Assembly: GCA_963933885.1 (NCBI GenBank) | Contig: CAWVWF010000001.1 | Span: forward strand, 3,638-67,637 | From: an uncultured Flavobacteriales bacterium | GTDB taxonomy: Bacteria; Bacteroidota; Bacteroidia; Flavobacteriales_C; GCA-002722245 | Direction of reading: 5' to 3' | Length of the DNA stretch: 64,000 nucleotides | In this document: one piece after another, positions 30,510 through 38,882 of the stretch | Layout: each line of letters starts with the position of its first letter | Numbering within the stretch: position 1 is the first letter of the stretch | Made by a program: the position numbers and the translations under genes | The notes under the pieces: generated by a model | What the model was told of the DNA's origin: nothing | The model's input: the letters and a program-made list of their open reading frames with translations, nothing else | Databases searched by the model: none

Positions 30510-30529
30510 CTAATATTATAAAGTATTGA

Positions 30530-32245
30530 TTACTTCTTTACAAAAGTAACAGCACCTGTAGTAGTAGCGTTTGTAAATTTAGCAACATAAATTCCTGAAG
30601 CTAAGTTAGAAACATCAAAAGTAATTTGAGCACTAGCTCCAGATAAGTTTTTACTTCCAACAACTTGACCGTTAATATTAACGATTTGGATAGTGTTTAC
30701 ATCCTTAAGTCCAGAAAAAGTAATATTTGTATTAGCTGGGTTAGGATATGTAGTAACGAAATCTAAAGAGTTAATTAAATCTCCTGTAGAAGTAATTGTA
30801 CATCCAGGGAAATTAGCACCTCCATCGATTTTAGCATCTCCATTGTTATCCATGTCATTTACAGTAAGAACAACTTCGTTACCATAGATATCAGTGATTT
30901 TGAATGTTTTGTCGTCTCCTCCGAAACTACCTTTAACCCATCCATTATCAACTCCTAATGCCATAGCTTCATAAGAAGATCCACCGTCATTAGAAATTTC
31001 TACTGAAGCAATTCTGTTTGTATGGTTACCAATTACAACTTTAGCATACCAAGCATGAGAACCTTGAGTAATTACATGTAAATTGTTTTGCCAAGGACAA
31101 GTAACTTCTTGCCAGTCAAAATCACCAATTCCAGCAGCAACGTGATCAATATCAACAACAGCTTGGAAAGCAGCGATACTTAAATCGATATCTCCAAACT
31201 TTGTGTTTGTTCCAACGATAATTGAACCATCACCAGCTCTATCCCAACAATCAGGACATTCATCAACGATTTGAATAATTGCAGTTCCTTCTAATCCTGT
31301 TGCTTCAACACACATACCACAGTAAGGTGTTCCACCATTTTGAATTAATAAACCTTTATCCAATGCACCATATTTAGTACCTAAGATATCATCTCTTTCG
31401 AAAGAACATTTAACAACACCATTTGGTTGAACATCTAAGTTATTATACCAAGTACCATGACCATGATCATCAACAGAACCAGTACAAGCAGTTCCAGTAC
31501 CACCCCCGTTACCACATGGTGAACATGATGCTCCACCACAATCAATTCCAGTCTCATCTTGGTTTTGTATTCCATCAGAACACGTTGCACCACCAGTACC
31601 AGCACCAGTAGATTCAGCTCCAATTTCAACTCTCTTTATACCGAAAGTTACTCCATCCGATGCTGATCTCCAACCAAATGCTCTAATGTCATTCTTCCCA
31701 GTAAAATCAATCCATTCTTGCTCATTTCCTGCAACAGCAGCAAGATCAATAACGAATCTTTCATCTGCATTTGCAGTTGTAAATGTTAATGTTGGAATTA
31801 CTCCACCAATATGTGTAGAACTACCTAATCCCCACGCTGTACCTCCTGCACCTACAAAAAATTCAAGCTTTGCTCCAATTTCGCTTGATCTTGCAATAAT
31901 TGTAACTTCTGTATGATTAGTAAGGTCTATTCTATCAGCATCAAATGCAGTAGTACAACCTGATCCATTTATGTAAGGAATAGGATACCATGCAGCTCCA
32001 GCCCATTGAGGAATACTAGCTACAGAAGTCATTGTACAATAACCATCTCCAAGTAAGTGATCTCCTGCTTCGAATGAAGTTCCGTTATCCATGATAGCAT
32101 GAGTTCCTGGGAAACCATAAGATAAATAACAATTTGAAAGTGGATCTGTGTTATCGTAGATCAAACCTGTACCAGCACTATTTAACTGCGCACTTGCAGT
32201 TAATGTAGCTGTTCCAAGTATAAAAATTAGTAATTTTTTAATCAT
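30530..32245 (-). CDS. expansin-like protein (EXLX: DPBB D1 + CBM63-like D2) with an N-terminal extra domain, a Gly/Thr/Cys-rich linker and a T9SS type-A CTD
   Basis: The D1 motifs ALDKG…NGG…CGMCVE…IIQIVDECPDC…GDIDLSIAAFQAV parallel plant expansin and GH45 motifs (GACGYG…CGACFE…HFDLSQPAF). The D2 motifs GSHAWYAKVVIGNHT…NGWV…KTFKITDIYGNEVV parallel Bacillus EXLX1 D2. The C-terminus TYPNPANTNITF…GIYVAKF sorting domain is present. Confidence 0.7.
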   Translation of the reverse strand: MIKKLLIFILGTATLTASAQLNSAGTGLIYDNTDPLSNCYLSYGFPGTHAIMDNGTSFEAGDHLLGDGYCTMTSVASIPQWAGAAWYPIPYINGSGCTTAFDADRIDLTNHTEVTIIARSSEIGAKLEFFVGAGGTAWGLGSSTHIGGVIPTLTFTTANADERFVIDLAAVAGNEQEWIDFTGKNDIRAFGWRSASDGVTFGIKRVEIGAESTGAGTGGATCSDGIQNQDETGIDCGGASCSPCGNGGGTGTACTGSVDDHGHGTWYNNLDVQPNGVVKCSFERDDILGTKYGALDKGLLIQNGGTPYCGMCVEATGLEGTAIIQIVDECPDCWDRAGDGSIIVGTNTKFGDIDLSIAAFQAVVDIDHVAAGIGDFDWQEVTCPWQNNLHVITQGSHAWYAKVVIGNHTNRIASVEISNDGGSSYEAMALGVDNGWVKGSFGGDDKTFKITDIYGNEVVLTVNDMDNNGDAKIDGGANFPGCTITSTGDLINSLDFVTTYPNPANTNITFSGLKDVNTIQIVNINGQVVGSKNLSGASAQITFDVSNLASGIYVAKFTNATTTGAVTFVKK

Positions 32246-32543
32246 TTTTTAGAGTTTAATTATTAAGTGTTACTAATTTAAATAACATCGTCGTTTAAAG
32301 CTTTTAAATTAATTTCAATAAACTTATTTAAAAGCTTAACAACAAACCCTAACACATTCATATATAAATAGATATGAAAACAAAACCAGTCAACCTTGAT
32401 TTTATTAAAAAAATATGATTATCCCGATATAATCAACGTATACATCTATGAAATACATTAACATATCTACGAAATCGAAATCGGATAATAACAAGAAAAA
32501 TATAAACTGTATTTACAACAGTATTTTGAAAGGTGACTTTTTA

Positions 32544-32747
32544 TTAATGAAGCACTTTTTTCACTCTACCAACAATGCCATCATCAAGCATAACTTTAAT
32601 ACCATGTGTATGCTTAGTGTTCTTTGTAAGAATTCTTTTTACTACACCAGTTGTAAGCTCACCACTTCGTTGGTGAGGTTTTTGAACAACTTCTACCTTA
32701 CTGCCAAGTTTAATGTTTATGAGGAAAGAACCGTCTGACTTATCCAT
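32544..32747 (-). CDS. YwbE-family small conserved protein
   Basis: 67 aa. …VQKPHQRSGELTTGVVKRILTKNTKHTHGIKVMLDDGIVGRVKKVL closely parallels B. subtilis YwbE. It overlaps the argD stop by 1 nt. Confidence 0.7.
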   Translation of the reverse strand: MDKSDGSFLINIKLGSKVEVVQKPHQRSGELTTGVVKRILTKNTKHTHGIKVMLDDGIVGRVKKVLH

Positions 32748-33874
32748 TATTTCAATTCTTCTTTTATAGCTTCAACTAAAAGATCACACTCCTTTTTACC
32801 AATAGTCATTGGCGGTAACAATCTCAAAATATTTGGGTTACCACATCCACCAGTAAAAATCTTATGTTTACTTAATAATGAAGAACGTAATGCTTTTCCA
32901 TCACCGTTAACCACTAATCCAAGCATTAAACCTCTTCCTGTAATCTTAGAAATTTTATTAACCTTAGAAAGGTTTTCTATTAGATAATCACCCCACTTCT
33001 TAGCGTTGGATAATAATGATTCGTTTTCTATAATTTCAAGAACAGCCAATGAAGCAGCACATGCTAAATGATTCCCTCCGTATGTTGTCCCTAATAAACC
33101 AAAACTAGCTTTAAAGGCTGGAGATAAAACAACTCCTCCAATTGGAAAACCGTTACCCATTCCTTTAGCCATAGTAATAATATCTGCTTTTATCTCAGCA
33201 TGCTGATGGGCAAAGAAATCACCAGTTCTACCGAAACCACTCTGTACTTCATCTAATATTAAAACAGCTTCGTACTTATTTGCTAAAACTCTTAAACCTT
33301 GTAAAAAATCATTTGTTGGTTCAATTATCCCAGCAATTCCTTGAATTCCTTCAATGATAATTCCTGCAACATCTCCTTCTGCTAAAGCGTCAGAAACTGC
33401 ATCTAAATCATTTAAAGGTAAATATGTAGTATTGATATCTCCATTAAATTCTGATTTCATTTTTGGTCCATCAGTAACTTTTAATGCACCACCTGTTCTT
33501 CCATGAAATCCTTTTTCGAAAGCTAAAACTCTTGAGTTTCCTGTATGGAAACTTGCCATCTTTAAAGCATTCTCAACTGCTTCTGCTCCACTGTTACATA
33601 GGAACAAATTATAGTCGTTATATCCTGAAATCTCTCCTAATTTATTTGCTAGATCTACTTGAGTATTATTGATGACAGAATTTGAATAAAATCCAATTTT
33701 ACTCAATTGATCAGTAATCTTAGAAACGTAATGTGGATGAGAATGCCCTACCGAAATAACAGCATGTCCTCCATAAAAATCAAGATATTCTGTTCCTTCT
33801 TTATCGTAAACATATGACCCACTCGCCTTAACTGGTTCGATAGGGAATAATGGATATACTTCAAATAAATTCAT
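32747..33874 (-). CDS. argD: acetylornithine (or succinylornithine) aminotransferase, class III PLP aminotransferase
   Basis: Class III aminotransferase signature LILDEVQSGFGRTGDFFAHQH…ITMAKGMGNG with the PLP lysine. The arg-cluster context supports the call. Confidence 0.85.
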   Translation of the reverse strand: MNLFEVYPLFPIEPVKASGSYVYDKEGTEYLDFYGGHAVISVGHSHPHYVSKITDQLSKIGFYSNSVINNTQVDLANKLGEISGYNDYNLFLCNSGAEAVENALKMASFHTGNSRVLAFEKGFHGRTGGALKVTDGPKMKSEFNGDINTTYLPLNDLDAVSDALAEGDVAGIIIEGIQGIAGIIEPTNDFLQGLRVLANKYEAVLILDEVQSGFGRTGDFFAHQHAEIKADIITMAKGMGNGFPIGGVVLSPAFKASFGLLGTTYGGNHLACAASLAVLEIIENESLLSNAKKWGDYLIENLSKVNKISKITGRGLMLGLVVNGDGKALRSSLLSKHKIFTGGCGNPNILRLLPPMTIGKKECDLLVEAIKEELK

Positions 33875-33884
33875 GGTCTATAAT

Positions 33885-34865
33885 TTAAAATGCAACAGTT
33901 TTCAATTTCAATCCAGTCTTTTCTTCTAATCCAAATAACAAGTTCATATTCTGAACAGCTTGTCCAGACGCCCCTTTTAACAAGTTATCGATTGCACTTT
34001 GAACATAGATATTTCCATCATGTAATTCAACTTGAAGAATACATTTGTTTGTATTAACAACTTGCTTTAAATCTAGTGCTCCATCTATCACGTGGATAAA
34101 AGGGTGATCGCTATAATATGATTTATAAAGCGCAATTGCATCTGCCTCAGAACCAGAAAACTTAGTATAAACACTTGCTAAGATTCCACGTGTGAAGTTT
34201 CCTCTGTAAGGGATAAAGTTTACAGCCTGACTAAAGTTAGGTTGTAAATGTTTTAAAGTTGCTTTGATCTCTTTTAAGTGCTGGTGTGTAAACTGTTTGT
34301 AAACACTTATGTTTCCATTTCTCCAAGAGAAATGTGATGTGTCACTTGGTACTCGTCCTGCTCCTGTTGAACCTGTTACCGCACTTACATGAATATCATC
34401 AGAAATTTTTCCTTCGCTTGCTAAAGGCAGCAAAGCAAATTGAATTGCAGTTGCAAAACAACCTGGGTTAGCTATTTTAGTAGCCGTTTTAATTTTTTCT
34501 TTTTGAAATTCTGGTAATCCATAAATGAATCCAGATGTATCACTTTCAAAGTCGTCTATAGAGTGACGGAAATCTGTACTTAAATCAATTATTTTTGTTT
34601 GCTCAGAAATATTATTGTCTTCCAAGAACACTTTTGATTTACCATGAGGTAAACACAAAAACAAAACATCAACTTCAGTTAACTCATTAGAAAAAACCAA
34701 TTCAGTTTCTCCCAATAAATCTCTATGTGTTTTATGTACGGCATTCCCAGCTTGAGAAGTACTGTAAACATACTTTATATCAACGTTTGGATGATTAATT
34801 ATAATTCGTAGCAATTCACCTCCTGTGTATCCTGCTCCTCCTGCAATTCCAACTTTAATATTCAT
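33885..34865 (-). CDS. argC: N-acetyl-gamma-glutamyl-phosphate reductase
   Basis: N-terminal Rossmann motif GIAGGAGYTGGELLR. The active-site Cys lies in the ANPGCFATA motif. Confidence 0.9.
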   Translation of the reverse strand: MNIKVGIAGGAGYTGGELLRIIINHPNVDIKYVYSTSQAGNAVHKTHRDLLGETELVFSNELTEVDVLFLCLPHGKSKVFLEDNNISEQTKIIDLSTDFRHSIDDFESDTSGFIYGLPEFQKEKIKTATKIANPGCFATAIQFALLPLASEGKISDDIHVSAVTGSTGAGRVPSDTSHFSWRNGNISVYKQFTHQHLKEIKATLKHLQPNFSQAVNFIPYRGNFTRGILASVYTKFSGSEADAIALYKSYYSDHPFIHVIDGALDLKQVVNTNKCILQVELHDGNIYVQSAIDNLLKGASGQAVQNMNLLFGLEEKTGLKLKTVAF

Positions 34866-34891
34866 AATGTTATGCTTTATTAATCGTATGA

Positions 34892-36082
34892 TTAGTCCTC
34901 GAACAAACCATTTACTTTATTAAAAATAATGTTTGGTACTGCTGCAATTTTAGAGAATCCTCTTACATCGTTTCCATCCCAAAGTGTATTCATTTCACCA
35001 TATTGAGCAGCTGTACTATTCATTAAATCGTGCTTACTTTCAATTCCTAAAACTTGGAAATGATTTGGCGACAATTTAACTTTTACTGTTCCTGTTACAT
35101 ACTTCTGTGTGTCTTCAAGGAATGTTTCTATGTTTCTCATTACAGGATCTAAAAACTGACCTTCATGTAGTAAGTTCCCATACCAGTTCGCCAATTGTTC
35201 TTTCCAATATAATTGCCATTTAGTAAGCGTGTGCTTTTCTAAAGTATGGTGTGCTTTTATAATAATTAATGGTGCAGCAGCTTCAAAACCAACTCTTCCT
35301 TTAATTCCTACAATTGTATCTCCTACATGAACATCTCTTCCAATTCCAAACTGACAAGCGATTTCATTCAATTTATTGATTGCATCAATAGGTGCTAAAT
35401 CTTCACCATTTAATCCAACAATTTCTCCTTGTTTTATTGTTAATTCAACCTCTTCAGTATCTGTTCTTTCAACTTGAGAAGGGAAAGCCTCATCAGCTAA
35501 AAATTGATCAGAAGTTAAAGTTTCCTTTCCTCCTACAGATGTACCCCAGATTCCTTTATTGATAGAATATGCAGCTTTACTCCAATCTCCTTCAACACCA
35601 TGTTTCGTTAAAAACTCGATTTCATCCTCTCTTGATAATTTATTATCTCTAATTGGTGTTATTATTTCTGCTTCTGGATAAACAATATGGAATGCCATAT
35701 CGAAACGAACTTGATCATTTCCAGCACCTGTACTTCCATGTGCAATAGCGTCTGCACCTAATTCCTTAGCATACTGTGCAATTGCAACTGCTTGGAAAAT
35801 TCTTTCGGCACTAACACTTAATGGGTAAGTATTATTCTTTAATATATTTCCGAAAATTAAATACTTAATACAACGATCGTAAAAATCTTGAGTAACTGTA
35901 ATTGCCTTATAAGAAGTCACTCCAATTGTATTAGCTCTTTTCTCTACGAACTCTAACTCCTCTTTAGAAAATCCTCCAGTATCAATTAATACTGCATGAA
36001 CCTCATATCCTTTATCTCCTAAATACTTTACACAATAAGTAGTATCTAAACCACCACTATATGCTAAAACAACCTTTTTCAT
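34892..36082 (-). CDS. argG: argininosuccinate synthase
   Basis: N-terminal AYSGGLDTT PP-loop motif. Confidence 0.9.
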   Translation of the reverse strand: MKKVVLAYSGGLDTTYCVKYLGDKGYEVHAVLIDTGGFSKEELEFVEKRANTIGVTSYKAITVTQDFYDRCIKYLIFGNILKNNTYPLSVSAERIFQAVAIAQYAKELGADAIAHGSTGAGNDQVRFDMAFHIVYPEAEIITPIRDNKLSREDEIEFLTKHGVEGDWSKAAYSINKGIWGTSVGGKETLTSDQFLADEAFPSQVERTDTEEVELTIKQGEIVGLNGEDLAPIDAINKLNEIACQFGIGRDVHVGDTIVGIKGRVGFEAAAPLIIIKAHHTLEKHTLTKWQLYWKEQLANWYGNLLHEGQFLDPVMRNIETFLEDTQKYVTGTVKVKLSPNHFQVLGIESKHDLMNSTAAQYGEMNTLWDGNDVRGFSKIAAVPNIIFNKVNGLFED

Positions 36083-36106
36083 AATTTATTTATTAAAGTA
36101 TGCGTT

Positions 36107-36652
36107 CTATTTTTTCTTCTTTTCTGCCTTTGGGTCCATGAGCATTCCTGTACACAAACAATGTTTTTTATCCGTTCTAGTTAAGATGTCGTAATTAACA
36201 CAACTCATACACCCTTTCCAAAACTGTTCATCATCTGTCAATTCACTAAATGTAACTGGGACATAACCCAAATCTGAATTAATTTTCATTACAGGTAATG
36301 ATGTTGTCAAACCAAATATTTTAGCGTCTGGAAATTTTTTTCTTGACAACTTAAATGCGAATTCTTTAATTTGCTTAGCTAAGCCAAAACCTCTATATTC
36401 TTCACTTACTATTAATCCTGAGTTTGCAACATATTTATTGTGTCCCCATGATTCGATATAACAAAAGCCTGCAACAACATCTCCATCAACGGCAATGATC
36501 GCTTTTCCTTCTTCTATTTTTTGAATGATATACTCAGGTTTACGTTTTGCAATCCCAGTTCCTCGCTTTTCTGCAGCATCACTAATTAAATCCACGATTA
36601 AACTCGCGTACTTTATGTGATTTTTGTTAGCTACTTCTATTTCGATTTTCAT
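36107..36652 (-). CDS. GNAT-family N-acetyltransferase leading the arg cluster
   Basis: GNAT motifs (VAGFCYIE…, RGFGLAKQI). It is the first gene of the co-directional run GNAT-argG-argC-argD, as is typical for the Bacteroidota arg operon. Confidence 0.75.
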   Translation of the reverse strand: MKIEIEVANKNHIKYASLIVDLISDAAEKRGTGIAKRKPEYIIQKIEEGKAIIAVDGDVVAGFCYIESWGHNKYVANSGLIVSEEYRGFGLAKQIKEFAFKLSRKKFPDAKIFGLTTSLPVMKINSDLGYVPVTFSELTDDEQFWKGCMSCVNYDILTRTDKKHCLCTGMLMDPKAEKKKK

Positions 36653-36894
36653 CTTTCTAAATATTAATTTGAATTTTTAATGAACTCTTTTAACTAGGAT
36701 TTAAATATCCTGTTTAACTAAACCCTTGCAGGCCTGCGAATTCTAATCCTATTTAGAACAACTAATTTGATGATATGTTGAGATGCACCTTTCATAAGTG
36801 GAGTGCAAAGATAATAAAAATCTGTTGAGGATGCATGTAAAGTCTACACTAACTTATAGATGAGTAATCTGAAATAGTTTTTGAATGAAAACCT

Positions 36895-37710
36895 TTACTT
36901 CCATAAATCCATTTTCTCTAGCTTTAATTCATTCCCAAAGAAAAATTTCGTGCTCTTTTCAAAAGACTTAGTATAGTCTGAAACGTAAAAATGATGACTG
37001 TTGTTAGCCTTATTAGACAGTAAGTCCTTTTCTTCTAATGCCTTTTTAACTGAAGCTGCAACCACTTTAGCACTATTGATAATTTTTACTTTTCTATTAT
37101 TATCCGCATAAAATTCTTCAACTTCACTTTCAATTAACGGGTAATGGGTGCAACCTAAAATTAAAGCTTCAACATCCTTAATGTTTTTCTTGTTTAAATA
37201 TTCTGCAATTACAGTTCTAGAAATAGTATTGTTAAAGAAGCCTTCTTCAATCATTGGCGCTAACAGAGGAGTCGCTAGCGAAGCTACTTCTATATTTTCG
37301 TTGATGTTCTTAATCGACTTAGGGTAAATTCTTGAACCAATCGTTCCTTTTGTTGCTATTACTCCAACCTTGTCATTTGAATTGTTGATTGCAATATGCT
37401 GAGCAACAGGATCGATAACATTAAGTAAAGGAAAGTCTATTGGTAAGATTTTCTTTAATGGTTTTGAGGCCACTGACGAAGCTGTGTTACAAGCAATAAC
37501 AATAGCCTTGCAATTCTTTTCCAGTAAAAACTTACTGATCAAAGCTGAGTAATGCTTAATAGAATATGCTGCTTTATCACCATATGGAAAGTGAGCTGTG
37601 TCTCCGAAATAAATAATTTGCTCGTTTGGAAGAATCTTTGCAATTTCTTTAGCAACAGTTAATCCTCCAATTCCACTATCAAATATTCCTATTGGTGCGT
37701 CTTTATTCAT
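36895..37710 (-). CDS. murI: glutamate racemase
   Basis: IGIFDSGIGGLTV N-terminal motif. The second Cys-containing motif ILGCTHYP is present. Confidence 0.9.
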   Translation of the reverse strand: MNKDAPIGIFDSGIGGLTVAKEIAKILPNEQIIYFGDTAHFPYGDKAAYSIKHYSALISKFLLEKNCKAIVIACNTASSVASKPLKKILPIDFPLLNVIDPVAQHIAINNSNDKVGVIATKGTIGSRIYPKSIKNINENIEVASLATPLLAPMIEEGFFNNTISRTVIAEYLNKKNIKDVEALILGCTHYPLIESEVEEFYADNNRKVKIINSAKVVAASVKKALEEKDLLSNKANNSHHFYVSDYTKSFEKSTKFFFGNELKLEKMDLWK

Positions 37711-37775
37711 TTAGCTAAAATAAAAAAAGCTGTCCCAAATTATGGAACAGCTTTATTATCCGTTAATATTTTATA

Positions 37776-38315
37776 CTATCTCCCAACTGGTAAATTAGGA
37801 TTTTGAGGTAAAGCTTCAGCAGTTAAACCTAATGAAAGTCTTACTTGTTTTGTAATGTTTGTTCCTCCTGAATATAATGTAGCCGCTTCTTCTAATACAT
37901 AAGTATATCCATCTTTCTTAGCGATTGTTTCAATTGCTTCAGCAAGTTTTTCTTGTAATGGAAGTGCCAATTCTTGTTCTTTTTGTTGAGCCATTTGTTG
38001 AAACTGAGGAACAGTTTCTCTTTCTAATTTTTGTTTTCTAGCTCCTAAAGATGATTCTTTCATTTTAGCAAGTTGAGGAGATAATGTTGCCTGCTCAGCA
38101 ATAAATTTTTGAATATCTGTATCTAATTGATTTTGCTGACGCATGTATTCTGCTTCTAATTCTTTCGCAAATTGTTGAAGTTTTTGAGGAATTGAATCTT
38201 TTGCTGCTAAATCTCTAATAATTTCCTGAGAGTTAATATGAGCTAATTTTTGTTTTTGTGCGAATGTTGAAAATGATAATCCAACTGCTAAAAGTATAAG
38301 TGCAAATTTTTTCAT
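37776..38315 (-). CDS. OmpH/Skp-family periplasmic chaperone
   Basis: Signal peptide. Coiled-coil, Q/E/K-rich ~160 aa. The position between bamA and murI is conserved. Confidence 0.8.
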   Translation of the reverse strand: MKKFALILLAVGLSFSTFAQKQKLAHINSQEIIRDLAAKDSIPQKLQQFAKELEAEYMRQQNQLDTDIQKFIAEQATLSPQLAKMKESSLGARKQKLERETVPQFQQMAQQKEQELALPLQEKLAEAIETIAKKDGYTYVLEEAATLYSGGTNITKQVRLSLGLTAEALPQNPNLPVGR

Positions 38316-38358
38316 TGTTATCGTGTTTTATTAGTTTTTATTTAAGAGCGTAATATTA

Positions 38359-38871
38359 CTACAAATATCCTAATTTTTTTAGAACTAGATCTGTTTTATC
38401 GTATTTAGAATTATAGTACAATACAGCAACATCTGAAGCAGAATCTAAAACGAAAGCATAACTTCCTTTTTGAGCAACTTCCTGTATAGCAGTGTAAACC
38501 TTATCCTGAATTGGTTTTATTAATTTCTGACGCTCCTTATAAAGGTCTCCATCAGAACCAAAATGTTTCTTTTTTAAATCAGATAAATTAAATTTCGCTT
38601 TATTTATTTCCTCTTCACGCTGATTTCTCATGCTTTCAGAGAGCAAAATTTTATCTGCTTGGTACGTAGAATACAATTGATCAATTTGCTTGGAAGCTTT
38701 TTCAATATTCTCTTGATATTGTTTAGCTAAACCATCTATTTTTTCTTGTGCTTCTGCGTACTCAGGTATCTGGTTTAAAATTTCTTGCGTATTTACAAAT
38801 GCTATTTTCTGCGCCTGCATTGAGAAGGCAACTAGCATACCAAACGAAAATAAAAATGCGATTTTTTTCAT
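38359..38871 (-). CDS. OmpH/Skp-family periplasmic chaperone (second copy)
   Basis: QKIAFVNTQEIL… start of the mature protein is typical of OmpH. The start was trimmed to the ATG at 38869-38871 (MKKIAFLFSFGMLVAFSMQA). Confidence 0.8.
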   Translation of the reverse strand: MKKIAFLFSFGMLVAFSMQAQKIAFVNTQEILNQIPEYAEAQEKIDGLAKQYQENIEKASKQIDQLYSTYQADKILLSESMRNQREEEINKAKFNLSDLKKKHFGSDGDLYKERQKLIKPIQDKVYTAIQEVAQKGSYAFVLDSASDVAVLYYNSKYDKTDLVLKKLGYL

Positions 38872-38882
38872 AATACTATTTT

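Noticed and set aside
31423-31629. His/Gln-rich 62 aa (+) ORF and a Val/Leu-rich 64 aa (-) ORF overlapping inside the expansin-like gene.
   Set aside because: They are artefacts of the Gly/Thr/Cys-rich linker-encoding region (GGTGGTACTGGTAC…) read in other frames. The real frame continues through with recognisable flanking domains.
32448-32738. 96 aa + strand ORF opposite the YwbE-family gene.
   Set aside because: The opposite-strand product matches B. subtilis YwbE closely. The + strand product is an Asn/Lys/Ile-rich AT-codon artefact.
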